A DNA stretch of 62,591 nt from NCBI RefSeq assembly GCF_000002075.1, contig NW_004797285.1, forward strand, positions 1,715,232 to 1,777,822, read 5' to 3'. This DNA is from Aplysia californica (Eukaryota). The notes beneath the pieces were generated by a model. It made no database searches. It was not told the DNA's origin and worked only from the letters and a program-made list of their open reading frames with translations. Position 1 is the first letter of the stretch. Each line of letters starts with the position of its first letter. The translations under genes were made by a program, and so were the position numbers. Below are positions 39,413 through 53,057 of this stretch, piece by piece.

Positions 39413-40232
39413 CAGTGGAACTTGGATTCAACGAGGTCGCCGGGCCTGACCTAAAACCTCGTTGAATCCGAGTGTTCGTTGTAGCAAACATGGACATGAG
39501 GTTTTGTGTAGATAATTACAGGCACTAAGCAAGTAATGCAAAAAGAGAAGTCACAAGTAGTGCCTGAAATGCCTGCATATTATGAGCTGTGTAAAAAAAA
39601 GACCCGATTCGTTCAAATTCACACGCCTGAGTCATCTCGATTGTTTACCAAAGGGTCGTGTTGCTGTGTAGAGCCTAGCATACGTCAACTTTTGATTCCA
39701 TAGACCAGCGCACAATTCATTATGTACATCTACGTCAAGACTAGCTTATCATTGTAAAAGTGATCAGCTGCCGAGGGAAAAAAAAGACTGACGCGTTTGT
39801 ATCTGCGACGTTCAACGCCCGGGCCGCTAGTGCCCCCCGACACACGCACACACAGCCAGCCACACGTGTTCAGGCCACCCAACTGGCCCCAACACACGCC
39901 AGAGTAGACACGTGCGCATGTCAACAACGCATGTGTTGGTATGAAAAAAGGCGGCTGATTGGTCGCATGCAATCGGCTAAGTGAATAATGGTTCACGATG
40001 CAGGTGCAATGGATGGTTTCCGGGAATAGATATAGTTCGTTCTGGGAGGAAAATGAGCGAAGCCACGTCTGCGGGGGCTGTTCACCCGGGAAGCGACCTC
40101 GTTGAATCCGAGCTCGCTGATTTGAGTGCTTGTTGAATCCGGATTATTTTTATTGATTTTAAAGAAGATAAAAAACGGGGAATCTATCTCATCTCGTTGA
40201 ATTCGATTTCTCGTTGAATCCGAGTTCCACTG
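39413..40232. mobile_element. Tigger/pogo-type MITE
   Basis: TA TSD; 23-bp TIR CAGTGGAACTTGGATTCAACGAG / CTCGTTGAATCCGAGTTCCACTG; internal CGTTGAATCCG repeats. Confidence 0.9.
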
Positions 40233-41933
40233 TAATACCGTTACCCCTGTGAACATGAAGTTGGCAGAAAAGTGGAACAGGTGGTTCCTCTGTTAAACTC
40301 AGCCACAACTGCCAATTCAATGCCAACTGTCGAGGGAGATGATTCTGCTGAGTGAGTGATCTGTGTTTGAATAGGGTCTTTTTTGTTGGTGATTTATATC
40401 TGAGAGTCTTCTCCCTCTCTCTGTCAGAGCTGCCAACCATATTAAGTAAAAAGAGTACAATTGAGGGTGAAAAAGGTAAAATCAGGTTAAATTTTAAAAA
40501 TTAATTTAAGACCTTAAACTTAAATAGCAAGTTTTGGCGACTTAAGTCGTAAAAAAATATTTACACAATTTGTATTGTTTCTTCCAATTATATCAGTCGG
40601 AGACTTTGTCCAGTTTCCGAAAGTTTTTTCAATGCAGTTGCTTTCAATTTCAAACTTTACCTTCTAATCACTAAACTAAAATGGACACCTGCCACTCTAT
40701 CTATCCCCGTCGTTTTATGCAAGAAAAATTCTGAAATTATGTAAACTGGGCCCAAAAATGTGAAATTATGCGATTCTGTTAATTTTAACAACGAATGACA
40801 AAGGAAAATAATCAGAAATTAAGCAAAAAATGACAAAATTTTGCTAAATTATGCAGGGTGCATAAAACCACGGGGACGGCATGAAATCTAAAAATCAGGA
40901 TTTCAGAGTTTAAAAATCAGGATCTGGCGAAAAAAAATCGGAACCAATGGCAAAATCAGTCATACGGGGCACTGGGGAGGGTGGGTAGGGGGGCCCTTTT
41001 ACTTTATTTTAAGAGACAAGCATGCAAGACAAAACGTTGCACGCATAACCTCACTTTTGGGTCTCAAAGTCAAAGTAGAGGGAAAAAACTGATAGAAAGC
41101 ATACTCGAGTCCTTAGTCGGATAGATAGGGGGAGCGCAGGTTGCAGTGATGCTGAAACTTTCGTAGTCTTGAGAAAAGCTTACACTTACACATAACTCTA
41201 ATCATCCATGCAAAAGGCGCGCGTTTTCAATAGTAACAACGCTTGACTTCGATCGCATAAATATTACACTCAAAGTCAAACTACACCCCCAAAAAAAAAA
41301 AAGAAGAAAAAAGAACGCCAAGGTTGTTCATTTATTTTTTTCTTATTCCTTCCTTTATCCTCAATCAGTACTAATAGTACACATTTTGTATCACGGCAAG
41401 CACTTTACTTTTAAGCCCCAGTGTAACCCCCCACCCCGTTGTCCCACACTAGTTTGCCCTATTGTAAAGCGTGTGAACACAAATTCTTTTTGCCACACAA
41501 AGGAGCCCTCATTAATCACCAGAAGACAAAAAAGCACATTGACAGGATTTGAACGAACCAAAGCTCACCGAAAATCCCAAAACTCTTCACCCAACAAGAA
41601 AATGAATCAACTTATTTGGAGACGAAAGTTGCAAGAGCAGAGCTTCCGATATCAAGTTCCATTGCTCAACACAACACACGGTTCCTTCATGTTGACCATC
41701 TCGTTGAAGTTTGTAAAAAAACGCTTTTCCTGAATGAAACTGAAACATACCAAAAGAACTTACAACATTGTTAGGCACGGGATAGCCCATTACGAGAAGC
41801 ACAAAATTGAGGACTTGTGTAAAGCACACAACGTTTTATTTCTCATTGACAAAAGTGCAGATAGATCTACACATGCATCTGAGAATCAAATGTCGTGGCT
41901 ATGGTGTGATTTCTTGATGAAAGTGCAACATGT

Positions 41934-44900
41934 TGTCACGATAGCGCCCCCGTATGCCATGTGCTTTTGTTTATGTTACCCACTTCCGTCATCAACAATA
42001 AAAGCCAAACACTGCACCTGGGCTCTCTTTTTATCGTTTAGTGTCGTGTTTGTCTGTCTTGCCCGTCTACAGTCGTTACAAACATTACATGGTGTCAGAA
42101 GTCAATGGTTGACGTGTCAAAGTGCCAGAATGGAGAATGCCTCATTTCAAGCCTCCTGAACCGTTTGACTTTTTCGAACCTCACGCGTGGCCTGAGTGGC
42201 AACAGAGTATGTATGATACGATACCGCACAGCCACTAAGAGCGAAGAGACCGAAGCAATCCAAGTAAGTGCATTAATTTACGCTGTGGGACGCCAAGCTG
42301 AACAGATCTTTAACACGTTCACGTTACCTGCTCCCGTCGAAGGCAACGATCCAAAGGACAACTTTTGACACTGTCTTAGAAAACTTCGACGATCACTTTG
42401 TCCCCAAGAGGAATCTAATCTACGAAAGAGCAAAGTTTCAAACACAATCACAAAACAGCGGGGAGACAATAGAAGAATATGTCAGAGCCCTGTACTGGCT
42501 TTCAGAACATGCAGCCTTTAGAGACCGAGATGAAACCATTAGGGATAGACTCGTCCTAGGAGTACTGGACACAATGAACTGTCACAGCGCTTTCAACTCG
42601 AGGCAACTCTACATTGAAATCAGCCATCGATACAGCACGCCATTTCGAGCTCGTGAAGGGTCAGGTTAGCAGCCAAAGTCAGCCACGTGCAGTAGTCACA
42701 ATAGATGAAGATGCAGTGCGCTGCAGCCAGAAACAGAGGGGATCTTCACCGTCTGCTCCTCCCAGGGGTAGAGGCGGCCGAAGAGCAGGAGAACACCCAC
42801 ACACTCCACAACACAGAGGCGGCCACGCATCACCGTCAACTTCCTATAAACTGCGGCAACTGCGGGAGAGGTCAGGCCCAAAACAGCTGCCCAGCGCGTG
42901 AAAAAACTTGCAGAAAATGTGGCAAGCGCAATTATTTCGCGGAAGCCTGTCGCAACAGCAGCAGCAATGTCAACGAAATCACTGAATCGGAAACTCCGTT
43001 CTTCTTAGGAGCTGTTGACAAAGACTCGGACAGTAATGTCGTTCCTGATGAGAACTTCGGCAAAGTTAGCGAGCCACCATGGTGCGTTACGCTGAACCTT
43101 GGAGAGAGAGCTACATCCTTCAAGATAGACACAGGGGCCGACGTTTCGATAATGTCGAAGGCTGACTACAGCCATCTCAGTCCTCGTCCTCATCCAAAGC
43201 TGAAAATAACGTCTGCAGTTCTTCGCAGTCCTGGTGCAGCCATAAGGAGCGTGGGAGAATTTGGTGGGACTACGCAACATAACAATCGCAACTTTGCGTT
43301 CTTTGTTTTCGTCCTTGACGGCGACACTGACTGTCTTCTGTGTCGCGACGCCGCAGTTCGTCTGGTACTGATTTCTCGAGACAGAATAGACTCTGCCAAC
43401 CTAGTGTTCGGCGATGGGGGACCAGAACCTATGCTGCGAGCCAGTGAAAATCGTCTTGAAAGGAAATGCACAGCCATACTCCGTGAGCGTCGCACGCTGG
43501 ATTTCTTCCACTCATGGATGACGTCAAAACTGAACTGGACCGCATGGGGGCCGCAGGTGTCATTGAAAAGTTCAGCCCTCCAACCGACTGGTGCGCGCCC
43601 ATGGTCCCGGTCAGAAAAAGGTCTGATAGCGTCAGAATCTGCACAGATATGAAAAAGCTCAACCTGTCAGTGAAACGTGAACGACTCATGCAGCCTACCA
43701 AAGACGACATCTTGTACAAACTCAGTGGATCAAACAAGTTTAGCAAGCTTGATGCAACCTCTTCTTTTCGGCAGTTGACACTGGACGATGACTCCACGAA
43801 GCTGACTACTTTCATTACCTCATTCGGCCGGTACATGGACTTCTACTTCTACAGACGTCTCTGCTTTGAAATCACATCTGTGCCTGAGATATTTCAGCGC
43901 ACGATGCAAGGCATTCTAGAGGGCATAGACGGTGTTGAGTGCTTTATGGACGACATCCTCCTGCACACGGATGGTCAGGAGAAACACAATGAGCTGAAGA
44001 AGAAAGTCTTTCAGCGACTAAATGAGCGTGGGGTCAAGTTAAACAAATCCAAGTGGGAGTTTGACAAGGATGAAATCGATTTTCTGGGCCATATTATCAA
44101 CGAGAAGTGTGTAAGGCCAGATCCATCCAAGGTCAGCGATATCACTGAGATGCCAGAGCCAAAGAACATTACAGACTTGCGACGAGTGCTCGGCATGGTG
44201 AACTATTTGGGCAGGTTTGTGCTAAATATGTCAACAGCCATGAAGCCGCTCACCGATCTTCTGAACCACGATGCTGAGTGGGCCTGGACTCCAGCACAGT
44301 CATCTGCCTTCACTGAAGTCAAGAAGTTGCTGTCGTCAGCTCCAACACTCGCCTTCTTCGACACGAGGAAGCCTGTCATTGTAAGTCAGTAAGCGTTGAT
44401 GCAAGCAGCTACGGACGGGGGGGGGGTTCCTCCTCCAGTGGTGATTTTCAGCCAGTGGCCTACTGCTCTAGAACACTATCTAGGGCCAAAAAAGAACTAC
44501 GATCAGATAGAAAACGAACTGTTGGTGGCCACCTGGGCGTGCAAAAAGTTCGATCGGTACCTCATCGGGTAGCCGTAATTCACACTGCTCACCGACCACA
44601 AGCCCATTGTGCCCGGATCAACTCTAACGGGTGGATTACACGTACAGTTAGTCCGGACAGGATTTTAAACTGCAGCCATGCTTGCAGCCTTGCTGTAGTC
44701 TACTGCAGTTGGTTGTTTATCTGAAGGTGTAATACATAGAACATTTTTTAAATGCAGTTCGACTGCAGATAATCTCATATTGATACTGCATTTGCGCCAA
44801 ATTAAAGGTCACCTAGTTTACTACACACTGAAGTGTTTGCTTCAGATTCATATAGCATGCAAAGTTCTACAAGCCTTTCATAAGCCCTATCTCTAGCATA

Positions 44901-47296
44901 CTTGTTACTACTATATTATATATTGTTTGCTTTTTACTTTCCACATGCATTCTTTTTGTCTATAGAGGTCAATAAACAAAATAGTATCTTTATTCCACGA
45001 CGCCATAATGAATAGACCTTCTACTGTCTTCTACACACTACACAGATCTACTGGGGTTGAATAGTTGAATGATGACATCACACATGGCCGTGACCAATTG
45101 ACACAGCAAACACTACTCTACCCCAACGATGCATTCGATGCATTAATTTTTTTTAACGCAATAAAACAAGGCAGCTGCGAGCCATTTCGTCAATTTTGAT
45201 ACGCTTAATCCGAATTTGACATTGTTTTTGTGCTAGGACGTCATTTTCAATAAATTGAATCCTGGTCAGCTCGTCCTGCAGAAGCTGGAGAACGACAAGG
45301 AGTGGCGTGGCCCCTGCGATTTAATTATCAAAGAACAGTGTGCACCGAAGTCTTACATCATCCAGTCAGGAGAAAAGGCCTACCGCCAGAACCGCAAACA
45401 CATGAAGCCCTACGTCGACCCTCCTTCCATTCCTGCTTCCCCTGATGCCACCCAAGAGCCTACTCCGATATCAGTTCCCTCCCTTTCGACACCAGCTGCC
45501 CAGCCGGTGGAGCCTGATGTCACACCCCCATCACCTCAGCCAACTGCCGCTCCAGCCAGTCTTGCTCCACCAGCTTCCCGAAGTGGGCGAGTGGCCAGGA
45601 GACCCGCTCACTACCAGGACTGATGTTCTTGCGATCCAGTCGTATCCTTTCGAAGACTTATTTCACTTTTCTCTTTATTCCTTGCTGATTAACCAACAGT
45701 TGAAGAATGAAGGATAGATCTTCTGAAAGCTAGAGCAAACGTTTAAAAAGAACAAGCTTCCTCCATATGACCAGACACTCCAGCTCTGGGCTCGAAATCT
45801 CTCTTGAAGAATCTCCAACCCCACTAGACCCATGTCAAGTCCACCCTCTTCAGACTAATCACCCCCCCCCTCAAATTCGAGAGAACCTAGAAAAGCTTGG
45901 CACCAAACCTGAAGTCCCTCCTCCAATACTCAAGTCACTGACGCTCGACTACCTGGACAAAAACTTCCCAAGCAACCGGCGGAATCGAGTTTACACAGAT
46001 GGATCAGCAACTGATGCAGTCAAAACGGCGGTGGAGGCATCTACATAGAGTGGATAGATGGGACAACAGAGAGCCATTCCATCCCCACAGGATCTCTATC
46101 TTCCAATTACAAAGTAGAAACATGACATCAGCACTCTAAACAACAGCCACCATTCTCTTGAATCACCAAAAATCTAAAGCCAACACCGTCATCCTCACAG
46201 AAGCCAAATCTGTCCTGCAAGCTCTCCAAAAGCCACCAACAGCTCAAGTACGACAACTCCTATCACTCCTATGTGATATAAACCCCCAAGCCAACACAAC
46301 TCAGCAGTGGATACCAGATCACTGTGGCATTCATGGAAAAGAAAAAACAGACGACTTAGCCAAAGAAGGAGCCAAAACGACCCAGATTGAAAATGGCACG
46401 GATCTATCAGAGTCAAAAACATTATAAAATCTGCCTTAAGAAACAGATGGAAAAGGCCCCACCCTAAACACAACAGACATGACCCCCTACTACATATTAA
46501 AATATAGAACAGACCAGGTCACAATCTTTAGACTCCTTTGTGGCCACAACAGACTCAAAAACCATATATATATATGCACACCAAATTAAAAGTGGAAGAG
46601 TCAGCGATCTGTGAATGTGGACACGACCAAGAGGATGCCAACCATATCCTTAAGTTAATATATAGGCCTATATATATATATAGCACTGCCCGCGCTACGC
46701 CACCCTTCGTACACAGACGTGGCAGAATGTGGCTCCCCTTGAGAGAAAGCCTTATGGCAGTCTCTCAGAGTTGAAGCGAACTGCACAGTTTGTGCGCGAC
46801 ATCGGACTGACTGTCTAGCTGCTGTCATCGAGAACGAGGAAGAAGAAGAACCCAACAGTTGTGTACCTGTTCAAGGTCACTCATTTTCTTAGTTTTCATT
46901 ATCTGGACGCTCTGCAGTTTTTATGAAGGTGACAGACATTTTGAAATGTGGTCACTCTGAAGTGCCAAAGAACTTTATTGATGAACTGTGTTACCAAGTT
47001 CTCAAGTGCCATAAAAACATTGCGCCAAATCTTCAAAGACAATTGAACTCTGTGTGCAAATTTTTAAAGTTAGAAGAACTGTTCAACATTCCCCCCTCGG
47101 TTATCATCAGAGACTCAAAACCAATAATCTTTAATCTATTTTGAAGTTTTTTCTTTTTCTTCAATATTAGAGGGGTAGATGCCATGGTAGCGACAGTTTC
47201 GTACCTTACTTTCTGTTTCATCACGGGCCAGAAGAGCCCCCGTAAGCCATGTGCTTTTGTTTATATTACCCACTTCCGACATCAACAATAAAAGTC
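41934..47296 (+). mobile_element. degenerate Ty3/Gypsy LTR retrotransposon (Mag-like)
   Basis: 5' LTR 41934-42089 (TG..CA); PBS TGGTGTCAGAAGT at 42090. Gag (FKPPEPFDF..WPEW, paired Cys knuckles), protease FKIDTGADVS, RT (KLDA..F.Q, FMDD), RNase H (VDASSYG, TDHKP) and integrase C-terminus 45255-45623. PPT AGAGGGGTAGA, then truncated 3' LTR 47180-47296. Many frameshifts and stops. Confidence 0.93.
45703..46851 (+). mobile_element. 5'-truncated RNase H-bearing non-LTR retrotransposon (I/Ingi/Nimb-like group)
   Basis: RNase H motifs VYTDGS, ILTEAKSVLQAL, QWIPDHCGIHGKEKTDDLAKEG; C-terminal CECG..E..NHIL; (GAA)n tail; 10-bp TSD CCAACAGTTG (45693-45702, 46852-46861). Confidence 0.88.
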
Positions 47297-48533
47297 AGCT
47301 CCAGTCGTGTACATATGTACTAACATTGCAGTTGTTGGGGATTCACTATTAACAAGGTAGATGGTGTAGGACAGTTAGGACAGCTGTATCAAGGCATGGC
47401 AAGAGCAGGAACAAAGCATATATGCTTTTATTTCTGATGTCCTGAAAAAAGTGAACATTTTAAATCTTGAATTTCAGTCGGAGTCATTTCGACTTCACAA
47501 AGTGTTTGCCAGCATGAGAAGTGAATACAGAGTTCTTTTTAGTCTGTACATCAAATCCTCTGTCATTGAATCCAAAGATGTGGCTGAGATCGATCCATCA
47601 GACTCAACTCTCTTCAATGACGTGCTGGAAGTGGGAGTTGGTGGACGTTGTGAAACAGAAATTATGCAAGAGCCATTGGGAGACAAAGAAGCTCGTTTAA
47701 AAAATGACGCCAGAAACTTTCTCATTGAACTCTGCCAGCAAATAAGAAAGTGGTTCTCTCTTAGACAGGATTCTGTGGTGGCACTACATGCGTTTACTCG
47801 ATCCAAGAGAAACTCAAAGCCTGGCAGTTAATTTTTTCAGACCTAGTTCCACCAGAAGCCAAGGATGATCTAGGCGATGAATGGAATGAACTGCCCCATT
47901 TCAAAAGCCAATAATTAGAGTTAAACAGTTATCTGGACAAGCAGAAGAATATGACACCTAAAATCCTAATGCTACCCGGCTGACATGAAAATGATGTACA
48001 AAATAATATGAAAAAGTCTTATAAGTTTACAAAAGTAAAAATAAAACCGTAAGAATACATACTTTTCGTGTGAGGTTGGCAGCTCTGCACTGTTTATATT
48101 CTNNNNNNNNNNNNNNNNNNNNNNNNNNNNNNNNNNNNNNNNNNNNNNNNNNNNNNNNNNNNNNNNNNNNNNNNNNNNNNNNNNNNNNNNNNNNNNNNNN
48201 NNNNNNNNNNNNNNNNNNNNNNNNNNNNNNNNNNNNNNNNNNNNNAGACTTGTCATATATTATAATATATGTAGATTTGGGCGTAAGACTGAGCTCACAA
48301 AATAAAATCCTCACACACCCGCCAGCCTTGAGTGGCTTGAGGTCATCCGGCTGATATCTGGAGTCTGGAGACGTCAGATATTTTGCCAGTGGGACTAAGT
48401 GGCGTGGGACAGAGATTTAGATAATCAAGCAGCCAACAAATGGGTGCTATGTCACACTATGTGCTGTGTATAGTGTGTACCTCCTGCGACCAGTTCGCGG
48501 GTGGTACAGAGAGGCAAATTTACATTAGTTTAA

Positions 48534-48766
48534 CCCTGTCCGTACGCCCTGGATTTTGTATCCCCGGGGTTGTATTCTTCACATTTTAGAATACTCCTAG
48601 TACGAAGACTTTGAAACTTTCAAAATTTCTCAAAACATCGTTTTTGACAGGCTGCTATGCAAAGCGTACGGATCGGATTAACGAGTAAATTTCCGCTTTG
48701 GAAAGTGGAGGCTAGAGTTCCCCACGTCGTATGGATACGATAGTAAAACACGACGTTTGGATAGGG
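48534..48766 (+). mobile_element. piggyBac-like MITE, copy 2
   Basis: TTAA TSD; homologous to 16277-16512. Confidence 0.85.
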
Positions 48767-49484
48767 TTAATAAGTGCCGTACAACTTAGACAGTCGTTGG
48801 ACGGCAGAGTAAAGGCACAAATACTATGTCTGCATTATGTGCATAATTTCTTTTCATACACTAGCAAAACCTGGCGGTGTAACTGGGTTCGGCATAACTA
48901 GGTTTGACTGTACATTGTTTATTGACCCTTTCCTGTCAGAGGTCTCACCTCTAAGATAACGGCACTGTTCCCATAGAAAAAAAATTTCATCAAATCATCA
49001 ATAATCCCCCTCAAATAAAACCCCCAATGAGGAATTACTTTGAAGCCTCAAATGAGCATAGAACAGATACAGAGAAATCTATACATGACTTGAAATAATG
49101 GCACAAATAAAAACTGACTTACACTTACAATGATGAAACCAAATCAGAGGTGAACGTTTCAATACTGTACATTTGTGTCTGTATTAATATAAAATAAACA
49201 TACTGTCCAACCCTATGATTAGAAAGAAAAATCTTACAACAACCCCCCGCCCAAATAAAAACAACAAACGAAAAACATGGAGATTTCTACTTCCATCAGC
49301 AATATTTTTTTCACACAGTACTGAAAATTCTAATAAACCAATAATTTGGTCAAGAATATTGGGAAGCAAAGGGTGGAACTTAGTGAAAGAAAAACCACCT
49401 AATTGTGCCATTGGTCTCTAATTGCATTTGATGGCATGCGAGAACCATACATAAAAAAAAAATTTTCTTACTTAAAAAATTAGT

Positions 49485-50000
49485 GGGGGCTCTCGTGGCC
49501 GAGAGGATGCAGCATTCGCCTCTCAGTCAATAGGTGCCGGATTTGAATCCAGAGAGCGACGGAAATGTTCTTCTCTAAAATTGTCTCCTTTCACCTCCTT
49601 TCCAGCTCTCTAACACAATGTTGTATCGTCTGCTTTCATCTCCACTTTTTGCCTCCACTCCATCACCTCCTTTGCCACCTCCTCTGGGCTCCAGACTCTT
49701 TCTGCAGCCTTTCTACTGCTACTCATTGGCTCATTTTTACTGCTGTTCATCAGCCACACCCCTGGTCTTATGGTAGGTAAGATCTGTCACCCAGCCTTCT
49801 CGGATAAGGGCGAAAAATCTCGGAGGTCCCGTGTGCAAGTTGTCCATGTTAAAGATCCCTTGGTGGTCCAAAATCAATGATTATATACTTCGACTGCCAC
49901 CTGGGCAAAATCAAAAATTTCCTACCAAACTGAAAATATTTAATGTGCCCCGTGTGCTCATACATGACCTTATGCAGTTGCGAGCGCTATAAAACATTTA
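49485..50000 (+). mobile_element. tRNA-derived SINE with Deu/Nin-like central domain
   Basis: A-box TGGCCGAGAGG; B-box-like GATTTGAATCC; TTCTCGGATAAG..GAGGTCCCGTGTG..TTAAAGATCCC core; GAGCGCTATAAAA 3' end. The domain assignment rests on my recollection of the consensus. Confidence 0.72.
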
Positions 50001-50845
50001 CCCCTCATAAAAACTTTCTAAAAGCCTAATAAGCAAAACCTTTCAATGAAAACTGTGGTCCCAACCCCCCCCCCCCCCAAACCTCCATAGCACATGGCCA
50101 CTTTGTTCTCAATGTGTAGATCTATCTTGTTTGCCAGTGGTGACCAAACGTGAACATTCATCTCATTTTCTAGAGTGCTCAGACTTGACCAACTCAAATG
50201 ACTGGGGGGCTGACAATGGAAACTGTAAAACGCCAAGGCCACTAACAGTATCCACGGAAAATACAGTATCAATATCAGTACATCAAGTACATGTACTGGA
50301 CTTGAGTGTCCCCCCCCCAAATCAAACTGAGCATTGCACTAATTTGGAGTTACTGCATAACAAAACTTTATATCATATTGTACCTTGTTTCAAATAAAAC
50401 TTCTGGACCACTGAACAGCTTCAATAAATAAAAGTCAGGAACAACGTAGATTATTCTAGAGCCTTGCTGCAACATCTAAATGGCCAGGGAGATTTTCTAT
50501 GAGTGCAGGGTTTTACAGCTCCCCTCCCCCCATTTGATATTCTAAGTACCAGGTATTATGAATAACCATGAGTGTCACTGTATAGCAGCTTGACATTTGA
50601 TGCATGATTACAGTCTACAGTTACGATTTGAAAAAAAAAATCAATCCAACCCACTATCACCTGCCATACTTGAGAGATCTGTTAGGATGTTGTGTGGGTG
50701 AAATGAGAGATAAAAGCAGAGACATACAGAGCTGAGAATCACTAGCTTGGGTGCATGGCGAATAGTGCTGTGATAAGTGAAAATTGAATAGCAAATGTTG
50801 CTGATGGACTTATACATTAACATGCATAAGAAAAAAAAAACAACA

Positions 50846-51290
50846 GGTCATGACACACAGGAATCAGGCATTCGTCAAATCTTGGGAATATGGAGCTATT
50901 GGTATCATGTTAAAGCTTGTACATTTGTCTTGCTTTCGAAGAATATCCTAATATTCATTTATCTTGAATAGAAGTCGACATATGTTACAGCTGAAGTAAG
51001 GAGGTGGAAGTCGCCTGGTGTTAGAGGCAAAATTAGCAAGAAAATGGCCACCAAAGTTTGGGGGAGCTCTAAAGCTTTTAAGAGGCCCCGGAAACTGCAA
51101 ATGTACATTTTTTGTGTGCCTTTGATCAATGTTTCTCAGTAAAATTTATGCAAAAATGTGTTTTAGATGGACATAACAGGTGTTGAGGCAAAACAAAAAC
51201 AAAAAATCGGTAAAAATTGGCCAACCATTGAAAAAATATTGATCTGTTTCTCCAATTTCATTATTTTGATGAACACCTGATTTTATTTTA
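50846..51290 (+). mobile_element. MITE family D, copy 2 (eroded ends)
   Basis: Homologous to 52615-53057. Confidence 0.7.
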
Positions 51291-52614
51291 ACCACAATGC
51301 AACATGCTTCATTGCAGTTTGTGAATTTCACGAATAATACTACCATCAAAGTTTCATTTCCTCAAAATCTCGTTGCCTAGACCTCTGCCACCTTGAATGA
51401 AACAGACCTCAATTACACATGTGTGGCACCAAGGTTAAATCCGATCTTCCTCAAAACAGAAGAAACCGACATTTTTTCAGCCTCTTCTGCAATTTCTCCC
51501 GCATTTTTTGTTAGAGGCTGAACACACTATTTGTCCACTTAAAAACACATTCCTCCATGGGCTTTGCTGGAAAAACATTGATCACAGGCGCATAAAATGT
51601 AAATTTGCATTTTCCAAGGACACTACAACTTTGGAAGTCACAAACTTTAATGGCCATTTTCTACCTAATGTTATCTCCGGCTCTGACATCAGGCAACCCC
51701 CACCTCCTTCAATCACAAATATCTCAACTTCTAATTTCTATTCAAGAAAAATTGGTATTTTTCTTCCCATCAAACGCAAAGCCAATGAACAGGCTTTTAT
51801 TAAGATTAGGGGTTTATACCAACAACTCCATGTGCCCAAAAATTGATGAATGCCTGATTCCAGCGAGTTGTATCTTAAATGGATAGAACAAAGAAAACAT
51901 TCTCAGAAACAATTTCTTGCAAAAGAATGGTAAAAACAGATCTGCAAACAAACAAAAATTGTTCTAAAGGATTCTACCTGAGAATATATATACCCTCTTG
52001 TTGGTTGCTTAAAAACAATATGAAATTTCCATATTTAAAATATATGCATTTGTGGGGACCTCCAATAAAAACTACTGCTTTTATTGAATAAGCGACACAT
52101 AGACATTGACTGATTGCGTCTTGGAGGTAAACATTTTGTGCATTATAGCAAATACAATGCCACACTGAAGGGATGACATCTATTGATAAAGAATACAGAA
52201 CTGTTAAAAATAATTGGAATACAAAGCATTGGAAGCACCACATTATTACACTTCTCCATGGGAGATATGTGTAAAATTCCATATACATAGTATGTAATAT
52301 TGAAAGGAGCACATCTACTGAAATTCATTCAGCAAATCTATTTGAACATAACTTCAGAGTAATTGTAAGAAAACACAATTCATGGTAACAATAATACTAT
52401 TTTGAGATTGACAAACTGAAGAAATCAACAGCAAAAGTATGAAGGTAAGCAATACTATTTCTCAGAGGATTCCTTAACATGGCAGGATATTTGGCAAGAA
52501 AAGATATATATATAAACATGGTGAAATAACCAGCCAAAAAAGGCCTTTTAAATTTCCAACACAATTATGTCGAAATTGTAATCCCCCCAAGAGAAAAGAC
52601 AACATCACTGTACT

Positions 52615-53057
52615 ATTTGTGAGGCAGCGTGGTGGAATCAGGCTCTCGTCAATTTTTGGGCATATTGAGTTTTTGGTATCATCTTAAAGCTTGTTCATTT
52701 GTCTTGCTTTCAATGAAAAAATTATCCATCCATCTTCAATAGAAGTGGAGATATTTTGGGTTGAAGGGGGCGGTCGTCACCCGGTTTAAGAGGTAAAATT
52801 AGTGAAAAAATGGCCGCCAAAGCTTGGTAAATTCCAAAGCTGGAATGTCCATGGAAACTGTAAATTTATATTTTTTGTGCCTTTAATCAACGTTTTTCAG
52901 AAAAATCCACACAGAAATAAGTCCTTTAATGGGCATGAAAGGTGTTGGGCCAAAAAACAAAAACATGATAAAAATTCAGAAACCTGCGGAAAAACGCTGG
53001 TTTCTTCAATTTGATGATTTTGACGAGAGCCTGATTCCACCACGCTGCATCACATTT
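52615..53057 (+). mobile_element. MITE family D, copy 3
   Basis: Near-perfect 35-bp TIR TGTGAGGCAGCGTGGTGGAATCAGGCTCTCGTCAA / TTGACGAGAGCCTGATTCCACCACGCTGCATCACA. Confidence 0.88.

Larger units (their letters stand above)
40425..48087 (+). mobile_element. decayed hAT-type DNA transposon split by an LTR retrotransposon
   Basis: Perfect 14-bp TIR CAGAGCTGCCAACC / GGTTGGCAGCTCTG. Transposase remnants at about 41600-41930 (KLKHTKRTYNIVRHGIA..FLIDKSAD) and about 47400-47900 (AYMLFISDVLKKVNILNLEFQSE..FLIELCQQIRKWF). Confidence 0.8.
39369..48910. mobile_element. putative outer Tc1/mariner-type shell enclosing the nested stack
   Basis: TA-CAGTCAAA(GCCAAA)CCTTGTTA at left, TAACTAGGTTTGACTG-TA at right; imperfect match and spans an N gap. 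Confidence 0.45.

Noticed and set aside
49485-49560. Possible tRNA gene
   Set aside because: Continues into a SINE body that has a second copy in this window.
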